The notes below the pieces were generated by a model, which had not been told where the DNA came from, searched no databases, and saw only the letters and a program-made list of their open reading frames with translations. A stretch of 64,000 bases of DNA, from contig NMRA01000072.1 of assembly GCA_002633005.1 (NCBI GenBank), positions 516,952-580,951 on the forward strand. Reading direction: 5' to 3'. The first letter of the stretch is position 1, and every line of letters starts with the position of its first letter. The stretch comes from Phoronis australis. Taxonomy: Eukaryota; Animalia; Phoronida. Below are positions 35,441 through 50,200 of this stretch, piece by piece. Both the position numbers and the translations under genes were made by a program.

Positions 35441-38249
35441 TCAATCATTGCACACTGCACTCTAAGAATTTTCAATATAATACGACCTCTGAATTCTCTG
35501 AAGTCTAAATCCAGATAACACTTATACATAATATATATATAAATATTAGTCTTCTAGTCTGAGTATTAAATGAGCAATTTGTTGACCATGTTTTAACTGC
35601 CAATACTGCACGGAACCAGGCATAATTACAATTTTAAAGGTGAGTCATTCCATTAATATTTTATACTCAAGCTGCCCCATGAAGTCCAATACGGACAGTC
35701 CATCAATCAAACTGGGTTGTCTAATATAATAAATGTTACTAGTATAAGCTTGTAAGATCACATGCATCCTTCGTAATGCATGGCAATAGCATGATCTCGC
35801 CAAACTCACGTGACACCAGACTCGCAGAATGCAACCCTGAAATCAAGTTGAAGTACCACAGAGCGCCATCTTTGAAAACCACAGTTCAGGTTTCTATTTT
35901 GGGGTGGAACCCTTTGCTTTTTTCTCTATGTCAGCATTCATATTAACACAAACTGTGGACAGAATAACAGCTGATTTAAAGCACACTGCAGTTTGTAATT
36001 TCAGCTTAACCCAATTAGTGCTGTGTCGGACTTTTTGAAGTTTGGTTAAAACTATACAAGTCAATGTAAACTTATTGGTGGGTTTAGGAAAGGCAGTTTT
36101 CGGACACAGGATGACATCCCCACTGAGCAGAGCTAGAAATGAGGTCACAAGTTTACTTGAAGGATGGCATGCAACTGGTCAATTTTTGAGTATCGAGTGA
36201 GTTTACCAGTCTCAGGCTGAGACCCCTTCAAGCAAGCCTCCATGAGAGATCACCTTTTAGTGTCAACTGCAGCGCATCACCTCAACAAATTCCACTTGTC
36301 CACAACAGCCTTTGTGACTGCACCCCCAGATAACAAAAATATGCAAGACCTATATATAGTGCAAAAGGCACACCACTTCAAAGATTTTGTTACCCAATAT
36401 TGAGAACTCCATGACCATGCTACTGAGTAAAATGTTATTTTCAACACACTAACATCAACATCTATACAATCTGGAATGTTCTAGGTCTAAAAGATACACT
36501 CAGAATTCTTGAAGAACACTAGTCGGAAAACCAAACACACCGGTATTACAACAAGTATGCTAGACTACCACAGGGGTCCCACTAAGGGGTACAGACTGAG
36601 TACAAGTAGCTGAAAATGGTGATCTTCAACAGTGAACAAATTCCAGGAATTAACAATTATAAGTAATGCGATAGAATACGTTTTTCATAGTTAATGACGA
36701 TATTGATCAGGTAAAATTAGTAAGTTAAATTTTTACCAGATCAGTTATAAATCAATTTCATAATCTACACCAAATTTCATGATCACATATAACAATCCTG
36801 TCATCATCATTCACTTTTAATTAGTCTTTCATTTGGCAGGACAAAAAATTAAGAATATTCAAAATAGTGGGGCGTGCATGAATTCACCTGGTGCATGAAT
36901 ACACCTGGCAAATGTAGTAATAACCTCACTGACCTAAAAGACACCACGCTTTCTCATGTTCTGCCTATTATCGTAAAAATTCTTCAATTTTTGACAAAAT
37001 TCCTGAAAGTGCCATTTTACTATTTTGCTTACTACATTGCAACAGACAGAATTTTACCATATAATACCGGCTAGTAAAACTTAGTATAAATTACTTTTTG
37101 TTAAGAAATTTAATGAATAAAATAAAATTCCACACTGCCACCCAAACCATGCTTTAGCAATTAGCAAACTCAATGTATGCCGTCACCCTATATGAGAATT
37201 GCTGAAGCATAAATAAGCTTTTCATATAAACAATTCTGCTTACACCTGAAACAATATTTTCTGAACAGCATTATTCATTAAAAGCACAGCTTGCAATGTG
37301 TAGATCTCATACAACAACATTTCCCATTATTAGCAAAAAAAGGTAACCAGCTACAGAAAAATGGAAAAATGACCACTTCAGCAATTTTGTGTAGAATAAT
37401 TGTAGAATTATCATAATTTGAAACACAAACACAGATGCATTTAATTCATAACATAACATCAAACTGAAAACTACCTTTGACCACATGACATTTTTCATCC
37501 ACGGCTGATGTTGAATTATTCAAGACAAACAGAATATACTTTCCTAAAGAATATTGATGCCGTCTATCCAAAGGCTTACCTATCAAAACCTCGGGCTACA
37601 AGTGTTTGACCAAACAGGTTTTCAGTGATAGCAACAAAAAATACCTAACAATAAGTTTTAACACTCTCAATACTTAACAAAAACAATCACCAAATTATGT
37701 CTTAATTTTTGACGTGAAGCTCATGAAAACACACGCGTGATACATACACACACGACTCGTCACAAAGCACAAAATAGCTAAATGTAGCACCAGACAGTTA
37801 CTGGAATCTGTTAATTCATCAAACGCTACATCACAACAAATCAAAAACATGCGATGAACAATTGCTTCAACACAATGCAATCCATCATCAAATGACTAAT
37901 CGCAGTAAACAAATCTGAGCAGTGTAGCTAATACTGAATAGATAACAAAATAGCTACCGATAATTACAAGTATACAAGATTGACCACAGATGTCTCCAAT
38001 GACTGAGTAAGCTACATCACACTCTAGCTAGCAATGTCTCAACACGCGGCCATCTTGATCATAAGGTCACAAGTTTTCTTTTCACTGACAGACAGAACAA
38101 GCAGTCGACCCTAGATCTTTTATGTCCATCATTGACAGCATCAGACATTGCTGAGCTTTGCTCTAATTAAATTCAATCAACACCTTTCCTGCATAACTTT
38201 AACAAGACCAACAACAACAATGAATACAATGCCACAGTCCACCCGAGGA

Positions 38250-41200
38250 CTAGTCTACTTCTATTTCCACTTGAGTTGCACAGTGCAGGTTTTGATTTAT
38301 TTCTCCCGCACAACAGTCCCCATTCACGACAGGCTCACTATCAGCCTGAGGTGATGGCAGGTCCACTCCGTTGGACTGGGAGTCACTGTTGTTTAGCTTC
38401 CCAAGCTGCTGCTGTTGTTGCTGACGCGCCAACATCTGAGCACGGAGACGCTTCACCTCCTCTTCGCTGAAATAAAAACACTAGTGTTAGTGATGCACCT
38501 TCCTTCCACTGTTTGCTCAACCATGAAAGCAAGAAACATGGTAACTGAGCCTCATGTTAAACTGGATGTGCCACGACACCAATGGTTTCAACATTCATTT
38601 GGACTGGAGCCTACGACTGACATTGATGTAGTCATATTTTGGGAGGATTGGGCAGCCCGAGTGTCCTTTGTGGCAACGAAAAGAAAGTCCTAGTAGGGCG
38701 TGAACAAATTTTAGATCGAATGCATAGGAGTAAATGAAGAAGTTCTGATTCTGTGCGTGACAGAGTGAGAGTGATAGAGAGAGAGCGAGAGAGAAAGATA
38801 GATCTCCTTACCTTATTTTCATGAAGACTATTCCATTCAAGGCATTCAATGTGTCCAACACACTTGACACAGATGGAGTCTGAATCTGTAACACAAATAA
38901 ATGTTCATCTCATCAACACACCTGATAAACCCACCTGGTTTAGTCAAGGTAACAAAAATGATGAAAAATATCACAAAACCAGTTTTATCTTTAAACATAA
39001 AAAATTCACTTCACACATGCACTAACATGATGAAAATGTAGGACAGCTAATCTCTACAGTTGTACAGCATATAGAAAGAAAACGGGGAGGGGGGGGAGGG
39101 GCTACTCGTATTCCCAATACAGAAGGATGAGCAACAATGGGGTACAGTTTGATGACAAAAAACTTCAATAAAGTGGTACACCTCACCCTCGCAAAACAGG
39201 ATAGAGTACCCCCACCAATGAAAGATCTCGCAAACTTACCGACTCGACAAGAGCCTGCAGAGCTGGCAGGTTGACGGATTTATCCCCCTTGCCGATGGCG
39301 TTCATCTTCTTCTGGAAGACAACTGCCTGCTGGGTGAGGTGTTTAAGACACTCAGAGCTCTCTTTGGTCCTATCATGGCTGTCACCCAGCTGAAAATACA
39401 AGTGACAGTTTGGAGTATTAAGGTTATGAGTAACCAATTCAAGTAGAAATATTTCAAATGTCAGTAGGAGTCCTGGTTGGGAGTCTTAATCCTGCCAATA
39501 TCTATGATGTAATATAGCTTTTGAACGAGTCAATCTTGAAACAGGCAAAAACAAACATTCCACTAACCTGTACTTTGTAAATAGTATAGGCCTCCTTTTC
39601 ATTCTGCAGTGCAGCGCGGAAGTCCCCACGGCAGGAATGCGCTCGGGCAATCAGGTGGTATCCCATGGCAACCTTTAGACTCTTCTCTCCAAAGAATCTA
39701 AACAACAAAAAGTACATGGTTATAAACAGGGAAATGAATCGCACAGCAAAAGACATCTCCCACAGAGCTCTCTTCCTGAAGCTGGTTTGAACAAAAATGC
39801 AGTTCAATGAACAGAGCTCGATAAATCACTCACCTTTACGGTATGGAGCTTGAAAAAAACAATGATTTTCAAATGAATTGCATTACCAACTACTATTTAT
39901 TCATTTATTATCCATTCAGGCTTTCCTTTTTTACCTTTCCTTTTTCAATCGCTAGGGTCCTCTGAATACTGAATATAAGAAAGGCTCTTCACTGACGTAT
40001 GTTAAAGTGATAGACAGTCTTCTCATTCTACAGGAAAGGTTACTTTACGTATGGTAGTCCTCAACCTGGCGACCAAGAGGTCGCCAATGCCTCAGACTGT
40101 GTTTGGAGACCTGGTATTTTCGCCAAGTCGCCAAAACTAAGCGTTGACTACTGTATGATCAGCCAAGACCTGTTGGCTTGTGTTTCGTGAGCTGCAAATT
40201 TTTCACAAAACCTGTAAAAACAACTACTTACTTTTTATACAGTTCGACAGCTTTCTCGAAGAACCGCAGAGACAGCTCATATTCACCTACAGCATGCAAT
40301 ATAAGGCCAATGTTGCTCTGCAAGAGAACACAAAGGATGAGAAGAGTCAAACGCATGGACAGATTTAAGTAAAAAACAACAACCGTTAGTGTTACTGCAG
40401 AACGGTTACGCAGGCGCAAACTTGGCAAAACATAAGACCAGAATCTTAGTGAATCTATGCAGTCAAGTGTATCCCCACAAACAGTGCAGTGTCCACCGAC
40501 TGGAAAGTATAAATAAATACCACCCCATTTCCAAACCCTAAAAACTCAAATGCGGCTTCTCACACCTTTCATGTCCTTAACTTTCCACCTCTAGATTAGT
40601 TAAAATCATCCATCTAGCCAAATCACTAAGATCATGGCTTCTAGATCATTCTATCTGGTAAACACATTCATAGTGCAAATAGTAAATAACCACAACACTG
40701 TCCAAGAAGTGCTACAGGGCCGAATATCTGGGAACACCATAAGCCAAATCATCAACGGTGGCTACTCACGTCATAGAGTGCCACCTCTGGGTGGTTTTCA
40801 CCGGAGCACAACAGTAGTAGAAATCTGGCACGGTAGAAGAGCTGCAGGGCACTGGACACCTGGTTATTGGCAAAGCAGTACAGGGCCAGGTGAGCCTGCA
40901 ATGGGACAATTACATTAGTATGTATGGTGATGGCAACCTGGAGCCACATTAGAACTAGAATGGTATCAATTAAACATGATATACTAAAATCATGATACAG
41001 ACCTGGTTTGAATTCAATTATCAATTATTGTAGCTAGTGTTGAATATGTATCAAGACAGTAAGCAAAGGTCCAATAGCTACAGTCATTGTGCGTCAAACT
41101 ATTAACAGAATTGCGACAACTGTTGCTTAAGGAGTCCGCAGTTGACTATAACTTGCTGTTTAGTGAAACAAATATATTCTTAGATGCATCTACACTCACA

Positions 41201-44200
41201 TAATCTGTGATGGTATTCGGGTGATCTATGCCAAGGCATCGCTCGTTCATTATCACAGCTTTCTGCTGCTGGGCTAAGGCCTGAAAAAGAATTCAAAACG
41301 ATTTGCACTTTACAGTTAAGAAATATCAGTTGGACTGGACTGCACATCGTGGAAACCATTCCATCAAATCAGACCAATCTGTACCACTTTACATGCAAAC
41401 TGTAACGACACCAACAACAGAAATTGTTCAATTTACCGCACGGGCTAAACATGGTTGCAAAGCACTTTTCAAGTATCCAGAGCTGTAACATTTTACTACT
41501 CGAGTTATATTCAGCTCACCTCTTGATAATCTTCCATGATGTAGTTGAGCCGGGCCAACATGCGCAGACAGGCAGCTATCTCAGGGTGCATCGGCCCGTA
41601 GACACTGAGTAGGTTGAGTGACTCACTGATCAGCTCATAGCCATCTTGCAGCATGCCTTGGTTTATCTTGGCCTGACCACTTGTAAAGAAGCGGTACGCA
41701 TCTGTTGCCTGGTAATGAGTGTGATATAAGACTATCAATAAAATTCCACCTCTCACGAACATAATACGGCGAGATGCATCGACAAGATACAAATTCAGTT
41801 CAAAGATTAATACTTAGAAGGGTCAATCCTGTCTATCCAATGTATTATGGGGAAATCAGCTTCATGACTTGTCCAAACCATCGATGAAGGAAGAAGATGC
41901 AACAAAATCCAAACTCTTGTGTGGAAGTCAGTGGTGGTCAAATCTAAGTGTTGAAGCAACCAAAGTAGTCTATTTGGCCCACAGTTTATCATGGATAATT
42001 AAGATATAGACTCATAATAAACCATAACAAAAGGATCCATCCCTAAACATGAATCAAAACACTGGTTTTCAAAGACAGAATTGCACGAGGCTTTAAGGCC
42101 AATTTTTGATGAAACAAGTGTTCTCAAGTACTTTCCAGATCATCTCACCTTTGGGTGCACGTGCTTAGCGACAGGGAACACGTTGATGATGTCGTCCTCA
42201 CAGAACGGTGGTCGACTGCGATTCTCCAGGTTGTACTCTCGCAACTGCAACTGGATGCCCACTTTGTTACAGATACTGCGCAGTAGCGACACCTTCTGGA
42301 GCCCATACTTGTCTAAGGCCGACTCGATAGAGTCACTGAAAGAAGAATAGACTAGATGAACAAGAGGTGTAGGGACACAATATTTTCAAAGTAATGGTCC
42401 CAAGGGACTGACAACTCGTGCTCCACTTTGTTGAGAATAACTGTAGTTCGCAGTGGGCGACGGTTTAGACTATAACTTTTAGAAAAGTATCTTTTTGGAC
42501 ATGGGATACACCTTAGGTATTGTGCATCAATTAACTCGACACAATGGGTTTTTCAGCTGCATGATACAAGGATTTTCCGTAGATAAGCCCATGGGTGTGT
42601 AATCGGAAAATGAACAAATTCAGACGTTTTAGCAACACCACATAAACGCCTGGGCGTTTATTCAGAAAAGGGGGCGTGTAAACGGAAAATCATAGGTTTC
42701 CTGAATTTGACATTTTGCATAGTTTGCCAGCGCTTTCTTCGCTTTTTATAAATGATAAATGCTCAACAAGTTGACGCTTAGTGGGCTTTTAAGAAGAAAT
42801 TTTCTGAATAAACGCCCCACTATCTGTATACTTGACACAAGAAGTTGTAACAACAAATAAACGCCTTGCATAACTCACATGGGCAAATCACATAAAAGTA
42901 GTAAGAAAGGTAGTATGTCTATGTTTTTTATGAAGATGTTATGTATAGTTGGTAATCAAGATCATTTAATCTTAACAATGGTATCAAATCCCTTTTACTG
43001 AGTCAAGACCTCCAACTCAGGTGGTGTTTTGCCAGAAATAGTCAACAAGAAGGGGTGATCAGAACGACACAGCTAAAAAAATAAATAACTCACAAAACTC
43101 CACAGACTGGAATTAGCTCACCTTGAGGAATGTGCTACTCATTTGCCCAAACAGTAAATCAGGAGGTTTGGAGAAAATAATTTCTAGAAACAACATATCC
43201 TTACTCACCATTCCAGCGTGAAGTGGAAGTGACCCGACACACCCTCAGCTATCTTTGCCCAGAGTGACTTGGGTGTCTCAGATGCCCACTCATTGCTGTC
43301 ATTTATAGCTATGGTTCCCTCTCGGTTACGCTTCTTGTGTTTCTTCTTGGAAGTTCTGGTTTGCAGCTGCAGAGGGAACGCACATGGAAACTATTATTGA
43401 GCTTGTCAACTGCAGCGCATAGTACGGATTGATAATTGAAAGAGGGAACACAACTTTAATTCTGTTGAGAACACAGCCAGTTTTGGTGCATCAAATTTAC
43501 CACAAAAGAGTTTCTACATGAATTTATAGCAAACCAACCTACTTGAACGAATGAGCGAAAATTCTGCTTAGGGGTCTATCTAATGAGATCTCACCACGAC
43601 AGGGAATCGAAAAAATACTCAAGACAACTGTATGTCTGATGCTTTGGCCACGAGACAACTAAGTAGACTGTTTAAAACATTTCACCTGTGGACTGGTTGG
43701 TTGGCCTACTTACACCTTCCAAGACAACATGAAGTGTTGGGTAAGAGCTGAGGAAACAGTTAAGGAAGTGACTGATGGCCAGCCCCATGTTGAGGGGGTC
43801 ACAGGTTTGCATGTGGGTCTGGTACAGGTGCTTGGCTGTGCGGCAGATCATCTCACTCACGCACAGATTCTGAAATAGTAGACAACAAGACATGTAGAGG
43901 TGATATGGTCTACAGCACACGAGATCATGTCACTCATACACAGTCCATAAAATCACATTATACCAGGACAAAACTACAAGAAAAGATTACGGTAACAACC
44001 CAAAGCCTAAGAGGCTACGCGTGCACTTAAGACATCGGTTGTATCTTTCTTGAAGTTTAGTTTACGGCAAGCTGTGATCAGCTCATTGTACATAGTGATA
44101 ACTTGAATCGGACACCGCAGCGTTCCACAGATCAAAGTCAAGGACATTCGTGAAGCACTTGCTGTAAAATATCTTCACTTAGGGATTGGAAACCGTGAAT

Positions 44201-47200
44201 TTTGTCCCATAATCCTAACATTCCAGCCTGACTGACCAACATCACTTCAGTGGGCTAGTAGGGTACCGAACACTTGCTTTTTCACAAGATTCTTGCAAAC
44301 ACAGAACACAGCCCTGTTCTTCTTGAAGCTGCACTTTTCGGTCACTTATACCTTAAATGTGAAATCGAGAAGAAAACAAATAAAAATGAACTGAAACATA
44401 TGCCTTGCTAAGGCAGCATCGCTTGCTATCAACATTCAGTTGCAACGTAGAACTAGTGACTGAACTGAAGCTGTTGCGATTTTGTTGGGGCTGTCCCTTT
44501 GATTGTCCATCATTTATTAAGGTGATCACCTACTTGTATGTAAAAGAGTTGTGGGTGCTTGCCGACGGCGTCCGTGACGATGCCCAGATACCGCATGTTA
44601 ATACCATGAGAGTGCAGGTTCTCGGTTAACGTTGCCCCGTCCACGGGTGATGAGCTGTGGTCCATACAGTCACGAACCTGCACAGAAAGGGAACGTGGAC
44701 ATGAAAGTCTAGTATAAACAGTTTTACAAACAATAAGAATGTCCTGACATTGGTTAAGTGAATGGAATGTACTGAAAGTCCATATATAGTGACAAAAGAG
44801 CGAAGGCAGTTGTTGAAATTCACACTCAGGACCATTGAAATTTGAATGGATGTCAGATTTCGATAAATATGCACATTTTAAAAAATTACTAATAGGCAGT
44901 GAAGAACCGTCCATGTACAAGAAATTCAAATAGTCCACTACAAATTCATTAAATTTAAAATGTGCCACAAAGCAAAACAGATGAATGTTGCAAGCAAAAG
45001 TTTAACTGTCCACTATCACCTTCATTTCTAGGAAAGATGACGGCACATGGATTAGAAACACCAATGATAAAACCATACTTTGACAAAAACAAAACACGAA
45101 TGAATAATCAACATCTTAAAGGAAATCATTGGAGATGTGGGTTCAGCTTACAAATGTAGGAATCTGATGTGTGACCACAAATTCAGCAGCAGTGCGCAGC
45201 ATTTCTTTGTCTTTCTTGAGGTCTTCACCATCTGGGTCAACATGCTGCACGTCGGGCTGATAGACGTCTGGGTTGAACAGTATACTGAACTCTGGAAGCA
45301 CATGGACAATACCGATGAATTGAGGGATACTGCCGACACCGTGTGGACGTCTTTGATAAACAGCGAAGGGAATTCAGGAGTTATTACACCTGTGACCACT
45401 TTTGGGGATCATTGAATAAAGGACGTACGGGAGAGTTGGTTTCAACGCCAAATTCTGCCACAGCCCAATGATAATTCTCAGGGTTAGGTTGAATCTGCAG
45501 GACAGGTTAGTGCATACAGTATCGGATGCAATGTAAAAATACATAAACATGCCCAATAGGAACACAGTCTTAGAAGTCCAGTTATCGCACAGTTCATCGC
45601 AAGTTTGTGCCCCTGATCCATTACAAGTCAATGAGCTTGGTATGCACAAGAACATTTATCACAACCTATGTAGTCACTTACAAAGAAAGGTTCCATTATA
45701 TCCGAGCATTATTATCTCTAGGCTACCTTCAACACTATGTACCCAACCTATAAATGACCAATACCTGTTTCGCTTAGAGATCCTACAAACTGACACGACT
45801 TCTTGATCACTTCCTTCGTAATATCTTCTTCACTGTCTGTAAACACAAAGCCAGTAAGTCGCGTGGAATTCCTAACCACGTATAACTTCAGACAAGAACA
45901 GAAATTCAAAACCATAACATTTAATATTACACAAGATTCTTCTCAATTGGCACTAAAGTCATACCATTACAGTCTAGTTAGTTGGAGTTTCAATTTTTAG
46001 AACTAAAACTTTTCAAACATTTTCACTACATCAACATAGAGCATATCACCACAGGAAGAAGTGAGAGATTGCTGCCAGCACTACAGAACCATGGCACCAC
46101 TGAACCATGGCACCACTGAACCATGGCACCACTGAACCATGGCACCACTGAACCATGGCACCACTGAACCATGGCACCACTGCTGCTTATAAAAGAACCT
46201 TCCTCTCACTTCGTACGGCACTGCACACACACCAAACTCGACTGTGACACTGTGATCCTATCATCTCTGTGCGTTTCAATGGATTCAAAATACTGGGCAC
46301 CTAAAACTGGCAGCAAATGATTGAGACTATCAAAATCTCTGTACGACACTAAGTGAGTACAAATCTGAAAAAGAACAACATGAATAGACAGGGTCACTAC
46401 TGAGCCATGTCTTTGGAGTACGTTTTCCATCTATGCCCGTCCTTGACCAGTTACGTGAGGTCTTTAGGGCGGGCTTGCACATTCCAAGACAGATTTTGAC
46501 AAGACGAACCCGTTTAACTAACCTTCTTTGGGTTTCTGTGGACTCATCAAGTCCTCCACCAGTTTCTTAGCCTCCGCCACTTTCTCTTTCTCTTTATCCT
46601 CGTCAGACGGCGTTAGACTTTTCTCACCGTCTCCCTCAACACCGCTAGACTTCTCCTCAGCAGACTACGGAAAACATGAAAACAATTTCCTGTTTTATTA
46701 CCAGATGTTAATTTCAGTATGCTTGGAAACTCTTTATATTATGAACTAGTAAATGACATTTGGGATAGCTAAGTAACCTTGTAATTTGCTTTGGGGTGGT
46801 GACCTTGTAATACTGCTTTTACTCTGACTTGGAACTAGGATATACAGCGAATAACCAAGCAAGTAATACTAATTACAAGTAGCTACACACAAAAACCATG
46901 CAGAAAGACAGAACACCTTTAACACAATATTCACCAGGGAACTGGAGGTAAAAACTTGTTGCATAAAATCTACTGGAAGACAGCTCTTTACAAGTCACGT
47001 CATTATTCAAATATAGATTTTATAATTGGCTGCATGAGCCCGCTAACGAGCTACAACAGGCCGGCAGGGATTCGAATCTTACCTTCTCTGTCTTTTCATT
47101 CGCCTCCTTTGCCTTGTTGAGTCTGTACTGTTGGAACATGAGAGCTGCGTGCTTCACAAACATCACATAGCGAGACCTGAAAAAGTCATCACCAGGGTCA

Positions 47201-50200
47201 ATATGACCAGTAGGATCTCATTTATTTCAAGTGTAATTTGCTATGGCTATGCTCTAACACTGCGCGAGACGTTTGATAATGCACAAACAACAGCCACACC
47301 TCCACATTTATAGTTAATGCCAAAAGTATTCAGACAAAATGACTCCGAATTCCCAGTCATGACGGCTGGGCAAAAGCCAAACTCATCATCAGAATGATTT
47401 TCCCTTGAGAACCAGAATGAAGGGAAACTAACGGGAAAGTTATCTTTGCTGCTATAACGGGGAAACGGTATTTTTGTCAGATTACTTTTGACTCTTACTG
47501 TACATGACGCTGCTGTGCAGGCACGTCAGCTGCTAGTCAGAGCCCACAGCCAGCTGCCTATTAAACAGAGATCCAAATTACGCCTGATACTTACTCCACA
47601 AAGGCCTCAATTAATTCACTACGCAGACATGGCATCCTATGCTTGAACTGGCGAGGAAAGCCCAGCTCCACCATGGGCTTGCTGAACTCAATGTCAGTCA
47701 CCGGGAAAAAGTTGACATCCGGCGGGAATGTCCGTAACAAGTCGAGAATATAGTGTCGACGATCGTTTCCTACGATGCCCTTGCAGTCGACAGATGAAAA
47801 CAATTCGATGACTTCTCCCTCCTTGTTGACTACTTTGTGAGGTCGAATTCGCAGCTGAGAGGCACTCTTTTTGAGCTGAAACACATTTATGGCAACAATT
47901 GGTTTACTTTATGAAATTGCCTAACATTAAGGACTTATTGCCAGCAATTAGTAATTATGAGCCTGTGTAGCATTATCCATGAAACTGAGCAAACACGCAT
48001 GACCTGCACAGGTTGTGTTCAATAGGGAGTACAGGACATTGTGTTTGCTCAATGGAAGAGAATGCAGCATCAAGATGCCGACCCTTTGCTGGTCTGTTCA
48101 CGTCACTTCCTAATGTTCCAAGGACAGTTAATACACGACTAAGCAACAGCAATTAACACGGGAAATGTATTTCCAGATAACCAAGATCTGCGTTTTTACA
48201 AATGACAAAAAAATGGTTGCGTTGCATTTAAATCGATGTAAAATACTTTTAATAAAGTCTCCCAATACAGACAAAGAGTGGGCAGAGACGTACCAATTCT
48301 TGGTATTTTTCATGCGTCACCACGGTCTTGCCAAAGTCTATCGAGCCGTAGACCACAGACTGTTCTTGTTCTCTCTCCAAAATGCCTGGAAAACCAGAAC
48401 AAAACCACTTGAATATAACTATTTATTGACAAAAACAAACCCGTTAATAAGACCAAAAAACATTTGGTTCTAGCCTACATTCCAACTCGTGGTGAAAGCT
48501 GAACGTCACTGCTTACACATTAATTTTAGCCACATGCTCCATCCTTTTTCTAAAGGCACACAAATGCCTGCAAGCTATAATTTTGTATGATGTGGCCAGC
48601 CAAGCCACCTATAATCACCTCTTCAGTGGCTTCCATCGACTGATAATAGTTACGACCACAGTATTGCATACTTCTTTCACCTAAACAAGCAGAGCATCAG
48701 TAACTGAAACATTCCTTATCATTGTAAACAATGTTCAGCACAAAAAGCACCAAACAAATATGCACCACATTGCATAACAGACGAGTGCAACAACCAGTGT
48801 ACCCTACCAGGTATAATGGACTGTGCCGTGATCCTGTAACCCTTGTAGTCCACGATGACTGTGCCCAGGGTGTGCAGGCCGTCAAGATCTAGCTCAGAGT
48901 AGGCTCGCACTCCTTGTAGGTCATTGGCCTGCAAAAAAACCACAAATGTACCGCGGATCATTACAGAACCAGTGCTACCCCCCTTCAGAACAGAAAGTAA
49001 TAAATAAACTTGGGACCATTTATTCACAGCCAATCTTTCAGAAAAGTAGATATGACAACTAAGGCATTGTATTCTGATAACAACAGGGGATTAATTGATG
49101 TTAATAAGCTTTGACAAAGACTGCTAATTCCATTACGTAAACCAATTATTAAAATCCTGATAGTTGGTGCTAAGTGGCAGATAGCATTCATGGTTCTGAA
49201 CTGATGATAAATGCAGTAAAGCAACACAAGGAAATCCTTTATAAAGTTAAAATTTCCAGGTCTGACAGATTAACGATGACACAATGAGTGGACTTATTGA
49301 TTTCATGGCATACCACGCTAGAAGTCCTACTCTACCCCATTTCCATTGTTTGCTCAAAAACAATTACGACGAAGTCAGCCAGAGTGTTTGACACCATTAG
49401 CAGTATCACACCAGTGATTGCGACATTATTGGCTGCTACTGTGATAAGCGCAAATGAAATCCTGCGCAAATTGGAGCATTTGAAAAACACAGATGTCTCA
49501 GCCATTAGAAGTTTTTTGAATTTTGCAGTGCCACACATTTTGTGGTATGAAAATAGCACAGGCCAATATGCTATAGAAAACACTTCAAACACCGAGAAAT
49601 ACAGAGCCAGTAGAGGTGACCAGTGAGCCATTCATAGCTGATTTACCGGAGCGGAGTAGGCAGCAGCATCACCGCCGTAGTCCTTATAGTGGTCCTTCAC
49701 GTCGAAGCCAAGACTGAAGAAAATGTTGTTCCAAATAAACATCTGCATTCTGAAATGGCAGACAAAATGAAATGTAGAAACAGCAACAAATACCAGAACT
49801 TATAAAGAGCTAATGTTTCTGCATGATGACACAAAGTGAATTTCACTTCCAAATTGAACACCTGGGGCACTAGCAAGAAATGCAAAATCCATCATTTGGG
49901 CGTCTTCAATTCATTCACAGGTCTGAACTCTCTGACTTCCTTCCGACACTTGACACCAACTGAAATTCATGAGAGGAAACTTTGGAATCCACTTTGATGG
50001 AATAATTAGCTAATCTCTCTCGAGAAAATGCGGCCTCAGTACCTTCTCAGTCGCCAAAAAATATCCAGGACATTCAGTAATTCACATTTCAAAACTAAAC
50101 TACACTTTTCACCGATTACAGTGTGTAGATCACATTACGCTAATGATTATCCACGTTTCCACAACACATACTTCGAGTCCTCTCCAGGGTTGATGGCCAT

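Noticed and set aside
36175-36215. Sm-site-like AATTTTTGA suggesting U4/U5 snRNA
   Set aside because: No U5 loop-1 or U4 sequence around it; lies antisense in the CLUH 3'UTR.
43094-43106. 13-nt CLUH microexon (CCAG|TCTGTGGAGTTTT|GTGAGT)
   Set aside because: No polypyrimidine tract, frameshifting, and the flanking exons already join in phase.
46086-46181. CRISPR-like array
   Set aside because: Contiguous identical 16-mers without spacers in a eukaryotic intron: a minisatellite.
47055-47080. tRNA T-arm/B-box-like GATTCGAATCCCTGCCGGCC
   Set aside because: Abuts a CLUH splice donor; no D-arm, anticodon or acceptor stem.
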